Shown: positions 28,806 to 37,877 of the stretch, piece by piece
Layout of the letters: each line of letters opens with the position of its first letter
Numbering within the stretch: the stretch's first letter is position 1
DNA from: an uncultured delta proteobacterium
GTDB lineage: Bacteria; Desulfobacterota; Binatia; UBA9968
Length of the DNA: 64,000 nt
NCBI GenBank assembly: GCA_963727625.1
Contig: CAVSHR010000004.1
Span: 1,184,001 to 1,248,000 of the forward strand
Direction of reading: 5' to 3'
Program-made: the position numbers and the translations under genes
The notes under the pieces: model-generated
Told to the model about the DNA's origin: nothing
Database searches by the model: none
The model's input: only the letters and a program-made list of their open reading frames with translations

Positions 28806-29717
28806 ATGAAGCGATTCTTCCACTTTTCACTCATCTTTCTCAGCATTTTTCTTGCGGGAAATTCTTATGGTGACTTTACCGGGAAAGGCCATGTTCACAT
28901 GCTCTCAGAAACCAAACAGGTCTTTTTGAATCCAGACTGCCGTTCCACCGGCACTTGCGATCTCAAGAAATTCGCGCTCACCCAGCTCGTTTACGAAGTC
29001 TGGTTCAGCGACGACTCCAACTATCCCACCTACGGCAACGGCGCGATCATGGAATATGAGACCGATTCCGTCGCTACGATCGAGAAATACGCCGTGGTTC
29101 AATTCAAAAAAGGCTGCGTTTTTTACAGTTCACAAAATCGCCAAGGCCAGATCCTTAGGAACGTCAGCGACACCGTGCCGAGTTTCGGGGGAAATGCTCC
29201 TTTTTGTTTTCCGAAGTGGGTGATCGATTCGCAGGACACCGATCCCGCATACAACAGCGATCCTGAATACGGCAGGTTTTATTTATTAAGGTGGAATAGA
29301 CCCGGCTCCTACGACAACCGGACACAAAAATTCTACGGCGCTGAAAAGCCGAAGAATCCAGTGGTTTACATGGCCGATTATCCCGCCGGCGCGTTCGTTA
29401 CCGCAACCGGCGTAAGAAACGTCGCGCTGGAGTTCAATAGCTGCATCTACAAGGCGAGCGAGGTTCCCCCCGACACAAGACGCGACAACATTAACTTCGC
29501 CAAGCCCATCAACTGCTTCCAGTGGCAAAGCGTCTATGTCTACGATTTTGATCAGAGTAGGTTTCTGACCCGAATGGCGGGCGCTCCGTGGTGGGAAGAG
29601 CCGGAAAGGCCCGTGAACGTGCAGCGAGCCGTAATATTCGTCACCCTGCTTATCGCACTCGCACTCGTTACTCTTGCACTCTTCGGCAACCTTCTCTGGC
29701 GAAAAGGTCGCTGGTAA
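28806..29717 (+). CDS. Hypothetical exported protein with C-terminal membrane anchor
   Basis: Signal peptide MKRFFHFSLIFLSIFLAGNSYG; six Cys; C-terminal hydrophobic helix followed by WRKGRW. Confidence 0.75.
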   Translation: MKRFFHFSLIFLSIFLAGNSYGDFTGKGHVHMLSETKQVFLNPDCRSTGTCDLKKFALTQLVYEVWFSDDSNYPTYGNGAIMEYETDSVATIEKYAVVQFKKGCVFYSSQNRQGQILRNVSDTVPSFGGNAPFCFPKWVIDSQDTDPAYNSDPEYGRFYLLRWNRPGSYDNRTQKFYGAEKPKNPVVYMADYPAGAFVTATGVRNVALEFNSCIYKASEVPPDTRRDNINFAKPINCFQWQSVYVYDFDQSRFLTRMAGAPWWEEPERPVNVQRAVIFVTLLIALALVTLALFGNLLWRKGRW

Positions 29718-29754
29718 CCAATAAGACGCTGTATTAAACCCGGGCCGGCTCAGC

Positions 29755-30870
29755 CTATGCCCCTTTCTCTTCCACCTCAAAACTAGCCGGCGAGACCGAA
29801 GAGCCGAAGCGCATTTTGACCGAGGACTCCTTCTTTCGCCAGCGCCGATAAACCTTCGCGCGCGCGAATCGCCGGCACGGTATTCGGCCAGCTCCCCATG
29901 GTATCCGCATGGGGGTAATCGGTACCGACGACCCAGCTTTGATGACCGTATCACTCGACCAAAACGCCCAGCAACGCCTCTGTCGTTCGTACGGAGAAAT
30001 ACAAGCGGTCAAGGTAGTCGAGAGGTTCTCGTTTGGGCTTGGACGTCAATCTACTGTAATCGCCCTCGCCGGAATAGACCGCGACGAGACCTTCCGTTAA
30101 ATGGGGAATCTGCGTGCCGCCGCACTCGAGAAAACAGAAGTTCAGCTTAGGGAACGCGTCGAGCACGCCGCCGAACATGCGATTGGCGATAGTGATGGAA
30201 TTCTCCATTGAGTTGCCGAGCGTGCTCCAGAAGCCATAGCCTCGCGTCGCATAGTGGCGAGCCATGCGCCAGCCGCCGACAATCGGACCGGTGTTCACCG
30301 GATGGAAAATAATCGGGACACCGGGCTCTTCGGCTTTGGCGTAAAATGGCCAGAACTCTTCCGCGTCAAGATCCTTGTCGCCGACCGTCGTATAGCAAAC
30401 CGCTCCCTTGAGCCCGAGTTCGCCTACGGAGCGATTCAACCCATCGGTGGCCAGGTGGCGGCGCTTGCATCGGCACCGTTGCCAGACCGAGAAACTAGCC
30501 GGGAGAACTATTTGCGATCCGGCCGACGGCGTTGTTATAGGAGCGGCAAACCGCCGCGCCGAGTTCGGCCTCGACATCGTAATAGAACGAACCGTTGCTT
30601 GGCACGAGGACTTGAATATCGATCATGGCCTTCGCCATATCCGCGATGCGAACTTCCGGCTTATTGCCGGAGGAGCGCGGCCTCGGGTTAAAAAAGATTT
30701 GGAATTGCGCGGACGTAATCGGGGATGTTGCGTTGGCGCGACGGATAAGCCACCCAGGAATTACCCTTCGCGTCCGTCTCAATGCGCGGACCCTGCTGGC
30801 GGAATGCAGCCGATACCTCTGCGAAGGCATCCTCAGGTAAGATATGCGAGTCGCAATCAACGTAAGCCAT
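29755..30870 (-). pseudogene. Amidohydrolase_2 family protein, multiply frameshifted
   Basis: Fragments MAYVDCDSHILPED / IDIQVLVP..AVCRSYNNAV / FWPFYAKAEE..IFHP..FGGVLDAFPKLNFCFLECG in different frames; RBS GGAGAGG. Confidence 0.8.
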
Positions 30871-31130
30871 CTTGTAATCTCCTCTCCAATTGAAAACGCC
30901 GTGCTTGTTTAATTGCGTATTCCGAGCCTCGCCTCATAAAAGGGACAGTCTACGTTTTCTTTCGGCCCGCGGCCGACCACGGGACGCAACCTGCTGCCGA
31001 GTCCGAAGATCGACATCTCCTCTTGCGAGAACGCTTTCCCTAACGCTCTTTGCCGGTTTCCCTTTTTGCTTTTTAGCTAGAGCGAGCAGTTCATAAGGTC
31101 CAGTCGTTTCGCGGTCTGTTTCTTGATGGC

Positions 31131-31185
31131 GTTAAACGCCTTGAACGTAGCAAAGCGGTTGAACAACTTGAACGTTTTGAACGAC
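31131..31185 (+). repeat. TTGAACG-family repeat core
   Basis: AAACGCCTTGAACGTAGCAAAGCGGTTGAACAACTTGAACGTTTTGAACG. Confidence 0.75.
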
Positions 31186-31382
31186 CAGAGTGTCGCTCTC
31201 GCCGCACGCCTCACGTCTCACGCTTTTTTGAATCTTGAACCCTTGAAAAGCTACCTTCCAATTATCGCCTCTGGCCATTCATGACGAACAGGTCCCTAAC
31301 CTTGCCGATCTCGCCACGACCCAGCTTCTATCACGCGCGACAGCGGCCGTTCAATGAAAAAACAATTCGTCCCCGCTTGTCC

Positions 31383-31480
31383 CTTCGACGTTTTGAGAAT
31401 TCTCAATACCTGAACGTTCTCTCCGAGTTCTAATTGTCTTGAACGGGTCGCCTCTTATTTTTGCCTATTGCCCGCCGCCT
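31383..31480 (+). repeat. Composite TTGAACG-family repeat (copy C, head plus tail)
   Basis: CTTCGACGTTTTGAGAATTCTCAATACCTGAACGTTCT...TTGCCTATTGCCCGCC. Confidence 0.65.
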
Positions 31481-31633
31481 CGAGCTGCAAGCCCATACGA
31501 CCGCACCGATTGAAAGATTGGGACCCGGCCTCCCCGTCGGCAAAGGGCAAATATATCTCATGGACCGGCTTGACTTAGGTTCTGTCTTTGAGACCCTATA
31601 ATCAGCGACCTGTCCCGGCCGCTTCGGTTTTGA

Positions 31634-31720
31634 TTGAACTTCGTACCCTTGAACGCGCCGCGACCACGAGCGTTTTGAACGGAGCGCAGCGGTTGAACGG
31701 CTTAAACGTTTTGAACGAGC
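31634..31720 (+). repeat. TTGAACG-family repeat core
   Basis: GTTTTGAACGGAGCGCAGCGGTTGAACGGCTTAAACGTTTTGAACG. Confidence 0.75.
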
Positions 31721-32164
31721 CTCGGTATCCATTCGTCTCGACGGTTTCTAGAGCAAATTAGCACCAACGAAAAAATCCCTGGCAACTCCTTCAAGGAGTA
31801 TGATGAAAAGAAAAAAGCGAGTCTGCAAAAGCTGGGAGTGAAAACAAAAAAGACCCATTAGCGGCGTGGGAAGGTCGTCGACCGAAGCGCGGCGCCGCAA
31901 CCGCAATTCGGAATATCGCGCGCAAAGCGGCAAAGGCCGCCTAGGATGTCATTTCGACCGAAGTGGAGAAATCCATCTTGGATCTGTCGCTTTACTCCAA
32001 AGCAGGGCTCCCGGCCCGTCACTTGGCGCGCTCGGCCTCCCTTCGGCATTACACAGGACAAGCTTAGCGCGAGAAATCCCGCTCTACCTAAGTTGCGCAA
32101 ACTCTCAATACCGTTCCTTCAGGTCAGCCGACGAAAAAAAGTAAACTAGCAAAGGAGAATCGCC

Positions 32165-33130
32165 ATGCAGCGAAACTTTTTCACGGCCCTGGTTTTCTTC
32201 CTGGCGGTGAGTTCCGGGCCTCATGATCTGTTCGCGCAGCTAAAGAACGTGCGGTTGTCCGTTCCCTCGATCGGTACCAACTCGATGCTTTTCGGTCTTG
32301 CGGCGGAGCATGGCTTCTTCCGTGAGCAAGGGTTGGAGGTGGAGCGAATCAACATGCGGGGTTCGCTGGGCGTCAAAGCTCTGATCGGCGGCGATGTCGG
32401 CTATTCGGCTGCGTCCGGCTCGATCATTACGGCGGCGCTCCGCGGCCTCAACGTCAAGCTCGTCTCCGTACTGTCACCGGTTCCGGTATTCCGCATGATC
32501 GCGCTGAAAGAGATCAAGTCCATGAAGGATCTCAAAGGAAAGACGGTGGCTCTCTCCTCGCGCGGCGGCACGATCGATCATCTGACCCGCATCATGCTCG
32601 AGAAAAACGGACTGGTCCCGGAAAAAGAGGTTACCTTGGTAGTTGTCGGCGGTCAGCAAACCATATGGAATGCGATCCGAGCACATCGGGTCGCCGCCGC
32701 ACTCATCAATCTGCCCGGCTACCTGATTCTGGGCAAAGAGGGATTTACGGACCTCGGCGCGGCGCGCGACTATTTCGCGTACCATCCGACTGGCGGATTG
32801 GGCGTGTCGGATGAAAAGATCGCCAAAGACCGTGGCGAGGTCGTCGCGTTCCTCAAGGCGACGTTGAAAGCGCGGCGATTGTATTTGAGCGATCGCGCGG
32901 CGGGGATCAAAGCTCTCCTCAAGCATGGCGGGCTCACCGATGAATCCCTGGCCGGTGCGACCTATGACGAGTATCGACGGGTTCTCTCGCCCGACGGTTT
33001 GGCAGACGAGAAATGGATGGAGAAGGCCATGGAATTCATCCTCAAGGGTATCGAAACCAAAGGGTCCATTTCACCCGGGAAGGTTTTCGATTTCAGCCTC
33101 AGTCAAGAAGCCCTGGCGCAAATGAAATAG
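32165..33130 (+). CDS. ABC transporter substrate-binding protein (NMT1/SsuA-like), orphan
   Basis: Signal peptide, GFFREQGLEVE, IKSMKDLKGKTVA, VFDFS end; AAAGGAG RBS; no adjacent permease or ATPase. Confidence 0.88.
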   Translation: MQRNFFTALVFFLAVSSGPHDLFAQLKNVRLSVPSIGTNSMLFGLAAEHGFFREQGLEVERINMRGSLGVKALIGGDVGYSAASGSIITAALRGLNVKLVSVLSPVPVFRMIALKEIKSMKDLKGKTVALSSRGGTIDHLTRIMLEKNGLVPEKEVTLVVVGGQQTIWNAIRAHRVAAALINLPGYLILGKEGFTDLGAARDYFAYHPTGGLGVSDEKIAKDRGEVVAFLKATLKARRLYLSDRAAGIKALLKHGGLTDESLAGATYDEYRRVLSPDGLADEKWMEKAMEFILKGIETKGSISPGKVFDFSLSQEALAQMK

Positions 33131-33172
33131 TAGAAGGACTCAACATCAGAGCAAAGCGGCCGGAGCTCCTTT

Positions 33173-33280
33173 GGCGTCTGAACGAGGTTCGGTCGCGAAC
33201 CCCGAGCGCGCGCTCGACCGAAACCGTTGTTGCCGGCTCGGACTGCGCTGGGCCCTTGGAGCGAGTCTGGCAACGACGCC
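33173..33280 (+). other. Candidate structured RNA (three-way junction)
   Basis: P1 GGCGTC/GACGCC encloses P2 (33181-33228, about 13 bp) and P3 (33229-33274, about 12 bp); read by eye only. Confidence 0.35.
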
Positions 33281-33305
33281 GCGTCCTCCGACTGTGTGCT
33301 GGGGA

Positions 33306-33452
33306 CGTTCCCACGTTTTGAGAAATCTCAAGACCTGCAAGCTCCTCTGTTTCTTGCTTGACTTAAACGTTTTGAACGTAGCGAAGCGATTGAACGGCTT
33401 GAACGATTTGAACGAGTTTCCATTTGGAAGTCTTGAACAACTTGAACCGTTG
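33306..33452 (+). repeat. Composite TTGAACG-family repeat (copy F)
   Basis: CACGTTTTGAGAAATCTCAAGACCTG head; TTTTGAACGTAGCGAAGCGATTGAACGGCTTGAACGATTTGAACG. Confidence 0.78.
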
Positions 33453-33576
33453 ATTCCGACCGTTGCCGATTGGACGGGTTGGGCGTTCGTTGTTATATTT
33501 TTCAGCGCAAGTACGTCAAATGAAATATCGGGATCGACGGACGGCTGATGCAGATCCGATATTAAACTTCGCCATC

Positions 33577-34014
33577 ATGCGAACAAGCTATTTTCTTGCC
33601 GCGGTGATTTTGCCGTTGACTGTGGTCGCCTGTGCATCGCAGCGCCCCGTACTCTATCCGAACCAACACTGGCAACGGGTCGGGCACGGCGCGGCCGACC
33701 GCGACGTCAATGAATGTATGCACCGTGCCGAGGAGTATGTTGCCTCGGGTGGCGGCACAAGCGCGTTGGAGCAGGCCGCCGTCGCTGGCGGCACGGGAGC
33801 GACCATCGGCGCCGCGGCGGGAGGAGCCGGGGGCGCGGTACTGGGCCGCGCCGGCGCCGGCGCGGCGGTGGGCGCTGCCGGCGGCGGGGCCGCCGGTGTC
33901 ACACGCGGCTTGATTCACGGTCTCACGCGCAAGCAACGCCCGAGGCCGGTTTACAAGAATTTCGTCAATCGATGCTTGCGCGAGAAGGGCTACGAACCGA
34001 TCGGCTGGCAATAA
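33577..34014 (+). CDS. Glycine-zipper lipoprotein
   Basis: Lipobox TVVAC, RPVLYPN, GATIGAAAGGAGGAVLG.., FVNRCLREKGYEPIGWQ. Confidence 0.85.
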   Translation: MRTSYFLAAVILPLTVVACASQRPVLYPNQHWQRVGHGAADRDVNECMHRAEEYVASGGGTSALEQAAVAGGTGATIGAAAGGAGGAVLGRAGAGAAVGAAGGGAAGVTRGLIHGLTRKQRPRPVYKNFVNRCLREKGYEPIGWQ

Positions 34015-34538
34015 CCCCCCTGCATGCCAGAAGAGCAAAGTGAAAGGCCTGATCCTCAGGGTTGCTTTTTAGAATTGGGCAACTTAGGCAAATCAGCCAC
34101 GGCTTCTCTCCTTAATGCTCGCTCTATTCGCGCTGCTACGAAAGTTGACGGGGGAGTTCAGCGGCATTGGGAAGACTCTGTGAGAGCCGCCCAGTTTGTG
34201 ATTACGCCCTGACTTTTTTACCCGAGCGTAGGTTATTTCTCGTTCGGTCATACGATTGCAAATTTCAGTTTTCCCCGTGCTTGCCGGTTTCCCCACACGA
34301 CCGAGCCTTTTAGATCGATTCTCAAGCTCATTTCACATCTTTTCCTTTCATCAGCGGGTCATCTCTTGCGCCGACGGAAATGACCGATTTCCCCGCTTCG
34401 CAAAAAAGGAAAGTTTTGACCCGGCTCCTATCATCACGCAGTAGTGAAATTTGCGCTTCACACCCAGCGGATTTCGCCCGACTGAGAAATTGCCGCCGTT
34501 CACAATGTTAAATCACTTCTGTTTCCGCCATGGCAATC

Positions 34539-34554
34539 TGGCGCAATACTTGCT
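34539..34554 (+). promoter_or_regulatory. Putative sigma54 promoter
   Basis: TGGCGC-AATAC-TTGCT, 57 bp upstream of ATG 34612. Confidence 0.65.
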
Positions 34555-34611
34555 CGCTTCGTACTGGCAGTTACGCGATGCATTGAGTTACAGAAAAAGG
34601 AGAATCGGACC

Positions 34612-34962
34612 ATGAAAAGAAGAGAGATGTTCTCCGTGATAGTGAGCGCACTTATACTGTTCTCTTCGGGCTGCGTCGTTGCGGAAAGACCGGGAGACCT
34701 GCGTTTGGAAACCTACTATTACTATCCCGACGCCGAAGTCTACTACTATCCGCGCGTGACAAAATATTATTGGTATGACCGCGGCGTGTGGAGAAACGGT
34801 CCCAAGCCGCCGCCGCGCTTCGTGCTCAGAGATCGCGACAGGGTGCGAATCGATTCAGACCATGAACCGTACAGGGATTACGACAAATACAGCAAGTCTT
34901 ACCCGCCGGGCCGTCATGATCGAGATGAGCGGAGAGATGACAGAAAAGACGACCAAAGATAG
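34612..34962 (+). CDS. Small Tyr-rich lipoprotein of unknown function
   Basis: AAGGAG RBS, lipobox SSGC, YYYYPDAEVYY..YYWYDRGVW, PPG plus charged tail. Confidence 0.75.
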   Translation: MKRREMFSVIVSALILFSSGCVVAERPGDLRLETYYYYPDAEVYYYPRVTKYYWYDRGVWRNGPKPPPRFVLRDRDRVRIDSDHEPYRDYDKYSKSYPPGRHDRDERRDDRKDDQR

Positions 34963-35461
34963 GGCTGGAGATAAACTCGGGCTACCGAAGACTTGACAAT
35001 TACCGTTGGTTGCGTCCGCTGCATGGCTTCCGACAGGCGAATGACCGCGACCGTAAATCGGGCACGCGGGAAGAATTTAGAACAGGGTAAGCCACGCTTT
35101 AGGCGCGGCAGATCGATCGGCTTGTGATACCAACCCGGGAATAACCTGAGCCCTTCGGGCAGCGGCGAGTCGGAGCGCAGGGGCATCCGAGTTGATCCCA
35201 ACGAGACAGGGATTGATAATTCTCAAAACATCCAAGCGAGCGCCGACGGAGGTACCGGATCGCAGCTGATAACTTTCTAAAATTTAACTCTCGATTATTT
35301 TGGCAGTTCGGCAAATCGCCTGATCACAGCGCGGGCGTAATTCTTCGTCCCGATATCGAGGTCGGGATGCGCCATGGCTGTATGAGATTTAACCTTTATC
35401 CTTTAGCTTCATCTTTTCACGCCCGGCCCTTTTTGGAGGGGGTATTTCAGCGCGAGATCTT

Positions 35462-36022
35462 TCAGTCTTTTCTCACAGTCGGGTCGACGGACACTTTGAG
35501 TGCGACGCCGAGCGTCAATGGGCTTTCGCCGATGCTCAAGATTGTCCCTGCTTGTTCCATGTCGTAGGACGAGACCTTCTGCTTCGAAATGCTTTCTTTC
35601 GTAGCGGCATCCAAGGTATCGGCTGCGGGTGTTTTGATCAGGTATTTGGCACTGCTGCCGTCTTTGAGCGTGACCAAGAGCACCATCGCCTTGCCGTCTT
35701 CCATCGCCATCGTCTGAATCGCGGCAATTTGCGTCGTACCGGTGGTTTTGTTCACGGTATAATTATACAGCCAGATGAAGGAGCCGATAATGGCGACCAA
35801 AACCAACCAGCCATACTGGCCGACCCGTTTCTGTCTCTTTACAGCTTGTTTTCTCTGTAAATCAAAGAACCGGCGGTAAGCATCTCCTTCCGCCGCCGCT
35901 CTCTTTACCGGATCTTGCTCCGTTGAACTTTGCGGCTGGTCGAAGGAGAGCCCGATACTGTTCAATACCATGCCGACGATCACCAAAACGATGGGAATTG
36001 CGACTATCAACATAGGATTCAT
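35462..36022 (-). CDS. Hypothetical two-TM membrane protein (paralogue 1)
   Basis: AAGGAG RBS; roughly half of positions identical to 36570..37127 (SSTEQDPVK, FFDLQR, KRQKRVGQY, KYLIK, LGVALK). Confidence 0.82.
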   Translation of the reverse strand: MNPMLIVAIPIVLVIVGMVLNSIGLSFDQPQSSTEQDPVKRAAAEGDAYRRFFDLQRKQAVKRQKRVGQYGWLVLVAIIGSFIWLYNYTVNKTTGTTQIAAIQTMAMEDGKAMVLLVTLKDGSSAKYLIKTPAADTLDAATKESISKQKVSSYDMEQAGTILSIGESPLTLGVALKVSVDPTVRKD

Positions 36023-36360
36023 AATTCTCTCCTTAGATTAGGCTTTTGATAAGCCTTTGAAATTTATTAAGAGGCAAGGGTCCGGCAGTGAAAATTCAGT
36101 CACCGTGCAACCGGCGCCGAACTCCATACCACCGTTGCCGTTGGTGGGCCGGCTGTCTATATCCTCTTACGCGCCATTAAGATGAACGGAGAATCTCGCA
36201 TCAATCTATATCGGTCCGAAGGCGCACTAGCAAGGGAACGCCGAATTAACAACGCTGCGCTCACAAATGGGCATGCGGCGTGAGGCAACCGTAAGAAACG
36301 GATCGTTTCAGCCGTCCAACCGCTATCTTATGACTGCAGCCCGTTCATCATGGGGATCGG

Positions 36361-36503
36361 ACCGTTCAATACGTTCAAGCCGTTTAACCGCTTCGCTCCG
36401 TTCAAAACGTTTGGGAGTTGAGGCGGTTCAACGGTTCAATCGTTCAAGGACAGACTCGGAGCGGGGACTTTCGTGATTCGGGAATTCTCGCGATGTTGAA
36501 ATG
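36361..36503 (-). repeat. Composite TTGAACG-family repeat (copy D)
   Basis: Reverse complement CATTTCAACATCGCGAGAATTCCCGAATCACGAAAGTCCCC..CCTTGAACGATTGAACCGTTGAACC..TTTTGAACGGAGCGAAGCGGTTAAACGGCTTGAACG. Confidence 0.82.
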
Positions 36504-36508
36504 ACGGC

Positions 36509-36547
36509 AATCAGCCTGAGGCGCCGGATCGGCGCCTCAGGCTGATT
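36509..36547. terminator. Perfect 18-bp stem hairpin, probable terminator of paralogue 2
   Basis: AATCAGCCTGAGGCGCCG-GAT-CGGCGCCTCAGGCTGATT, 22 bp downstream of the stop at 36570. Confidence 0.65.
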
Positions 36548-36569
36548 TAGCTCTGTGTAAATCTCGCGT

Positions 36570-37127
36570 CTAACTGGGATCGATTGCTACTTGGGACATC
36601 TTCAGCGCGACTCCCAGCGGCAATGGATTATCGCCGGTGCTTAGAGCCGTGCCTAATCTTTCGATCTCCCACGATGACACCTTGTCACTGGCCGTGGCTT
36701 CTGTTGCGGCGACCTCCAATTTATCGGCTTCAGGCAACTTGATCAGGTATTTGACATTGTTGCCGTCGCTTAGAGTCACCGAGAGAACCATCTGTTTGCC
36801 CCCTTCGGTTGCCAATGTTTGAAGCCCGGCAATTCGATTCGAAAGGTTCGTCTTGCTCACGGTATCCGAATAGAGCCAGATAAAGGCGCCGACGAAGGAG
36901 GCCATCACCAACCAGGCATACTGGCCGACCCGTTTCTGGCGCTTTGTCGACCGGCTTCTCTGGAGATCAAAGAATTTGCGATACGATTCCTTTTCTGCGG
37001 TCAGTTTCTTGACTGGGTCTTGCTCAGTCGAACTCGGCGGTTGATTGAAACCGAGATCGATGCTGTTCAGTATCATACCCAGGATCAGCAACCCCAGTGG
37101 AACAGCGATGATCAATAGAGGATTCAT
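36570..37127 (-). CDS. Hypothetical two-TM membrane protein (paralogue 2)
   Basis: AAGGAG RBS; colinear paralogue of 35462..36022. Confidence 0.82.
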   Translation of the reverse strand: MNPLLIIAVPLGLLILGMILNSIDLGFNQPPSSTEQDPVKKLTAEKESYRKFFDLQRSRSTKRQKRVGQYAWLVMASFVGAFIWLYSDTVSKTNLSNRIAGLQTLATEGGKQMVLSVTLSDGNNVKYLIKLPEADKLEVAATEATASDKVSSWEIERLGTALSTGDNPLPLGVALKMSQVAIDPS

Positions 37128-37416
37128 AAGTCTCCTTTTTCAGGCTCATCATAGCCTTTGGATATTGGAAGAGGGAGGGATCTGAACCGCGAACATGCTG
37201 GCTGCCGAACCGGAGCGAAAGCCCATGCCGCCGTTGGCTATGTCGACGGGACTTCTACCTCTTGCGCGCCATTACAGATTTCGAAAATCCATTAGATGTT
37301 TCACGCTATTTTTATTAATCTAACCAGATTCGAGATGAATGTCTGTCTAATATTGGACAATCTTGAAAAGATTAAAAAACCTGCTCGGGGGCGTCAGATA
37401 AGGAGAAAGGCGAAGG

Positions 37417-37579
37417 GATAGGCACGACACGGCAGGCAACAGTCGGAACGGAACCGTTCCAATTGTTCAACCGCTTTGCTCCGTTCAAGTCGTTTCAGAC
37501 TAAAGGGGGTTCAAACCTTCAAGGACGGATTCGGAGATGAGAACTTCCAAGTTTTGGGAATTCTCGAAACGTCGAAATG
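37417..37579 (-). repeat. Composite TTGAACG-family repeat (copy E, head-core-tail)
   Basis: Reverse complement CATTTCGACGTTTCGAGAATTCCCAAAACTTGGAAGTTC..CCTTGAAGGTTTGAACC..TTGAACGGAGCAAAGCGGTTGAACAATTGGAACGG..CCGACTGTTGCCTGCC. Confidence 0.82.
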
Positions 37580-37616
37580 AACGGGTTACTTTCCTAAACC
37601 GAGGCGGCACGGCGGT

Positions 37617-37877
37617 TCAATCGTTTTCTTTTTCCTCCGGCAGATCCTCGAACGGCTTGAACTGCAACTTGCCTTCTTTGTCCTTCACCAGAACATCGAT
37701 CTTCTTTTCCACTTCGTTGAGCTTTTGATTGCAGATCTTAACCAGCCCGACGCCTTTTTCGAACGCGGCGAGTGAATCTTCCAGGCTGAGCTCGCCGGAT
37801 TCGAGCTGCTCGACGACTTGTTGCAGTTCTTCCAACGCGGTTTCGAATTTTTTGTTTGAGGCGTCTTTACGGGCCAT
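37617..37877 (-). CDS. xseB: Exodeoxyribonuclease VII small subunit
   Basis: KFETALEELQQVVEQLESGELSLEDSLAAFEKGVGLVKICNQKLNEVEKKI. Confidence 0.96.
   Translation of the reverse strand: MARKDASNKKFETALEELQQVVEQLESGELSLEDSLAAFEKGVGLVKICNQKLNEVEKKIDVLVKDKEGKLQFKPFEDLPEEKEND

Noticed and set aside
26791-33548. Short ORFs containing RFERSEAVERLERLE / LNVAKRLNGLNDLN (26791, 28548, 31430, 33171)
   Set aside because: They are translations of the TTGAACG DNA repeat in differing frames and strands, not a protein family.
36023-37280. Conserved 25-29-aa leader peptide starting at GGYATGG
   Set aside because: The two candidate peptides fall out of frame relative to the shared downstream blocks and share little sequence.
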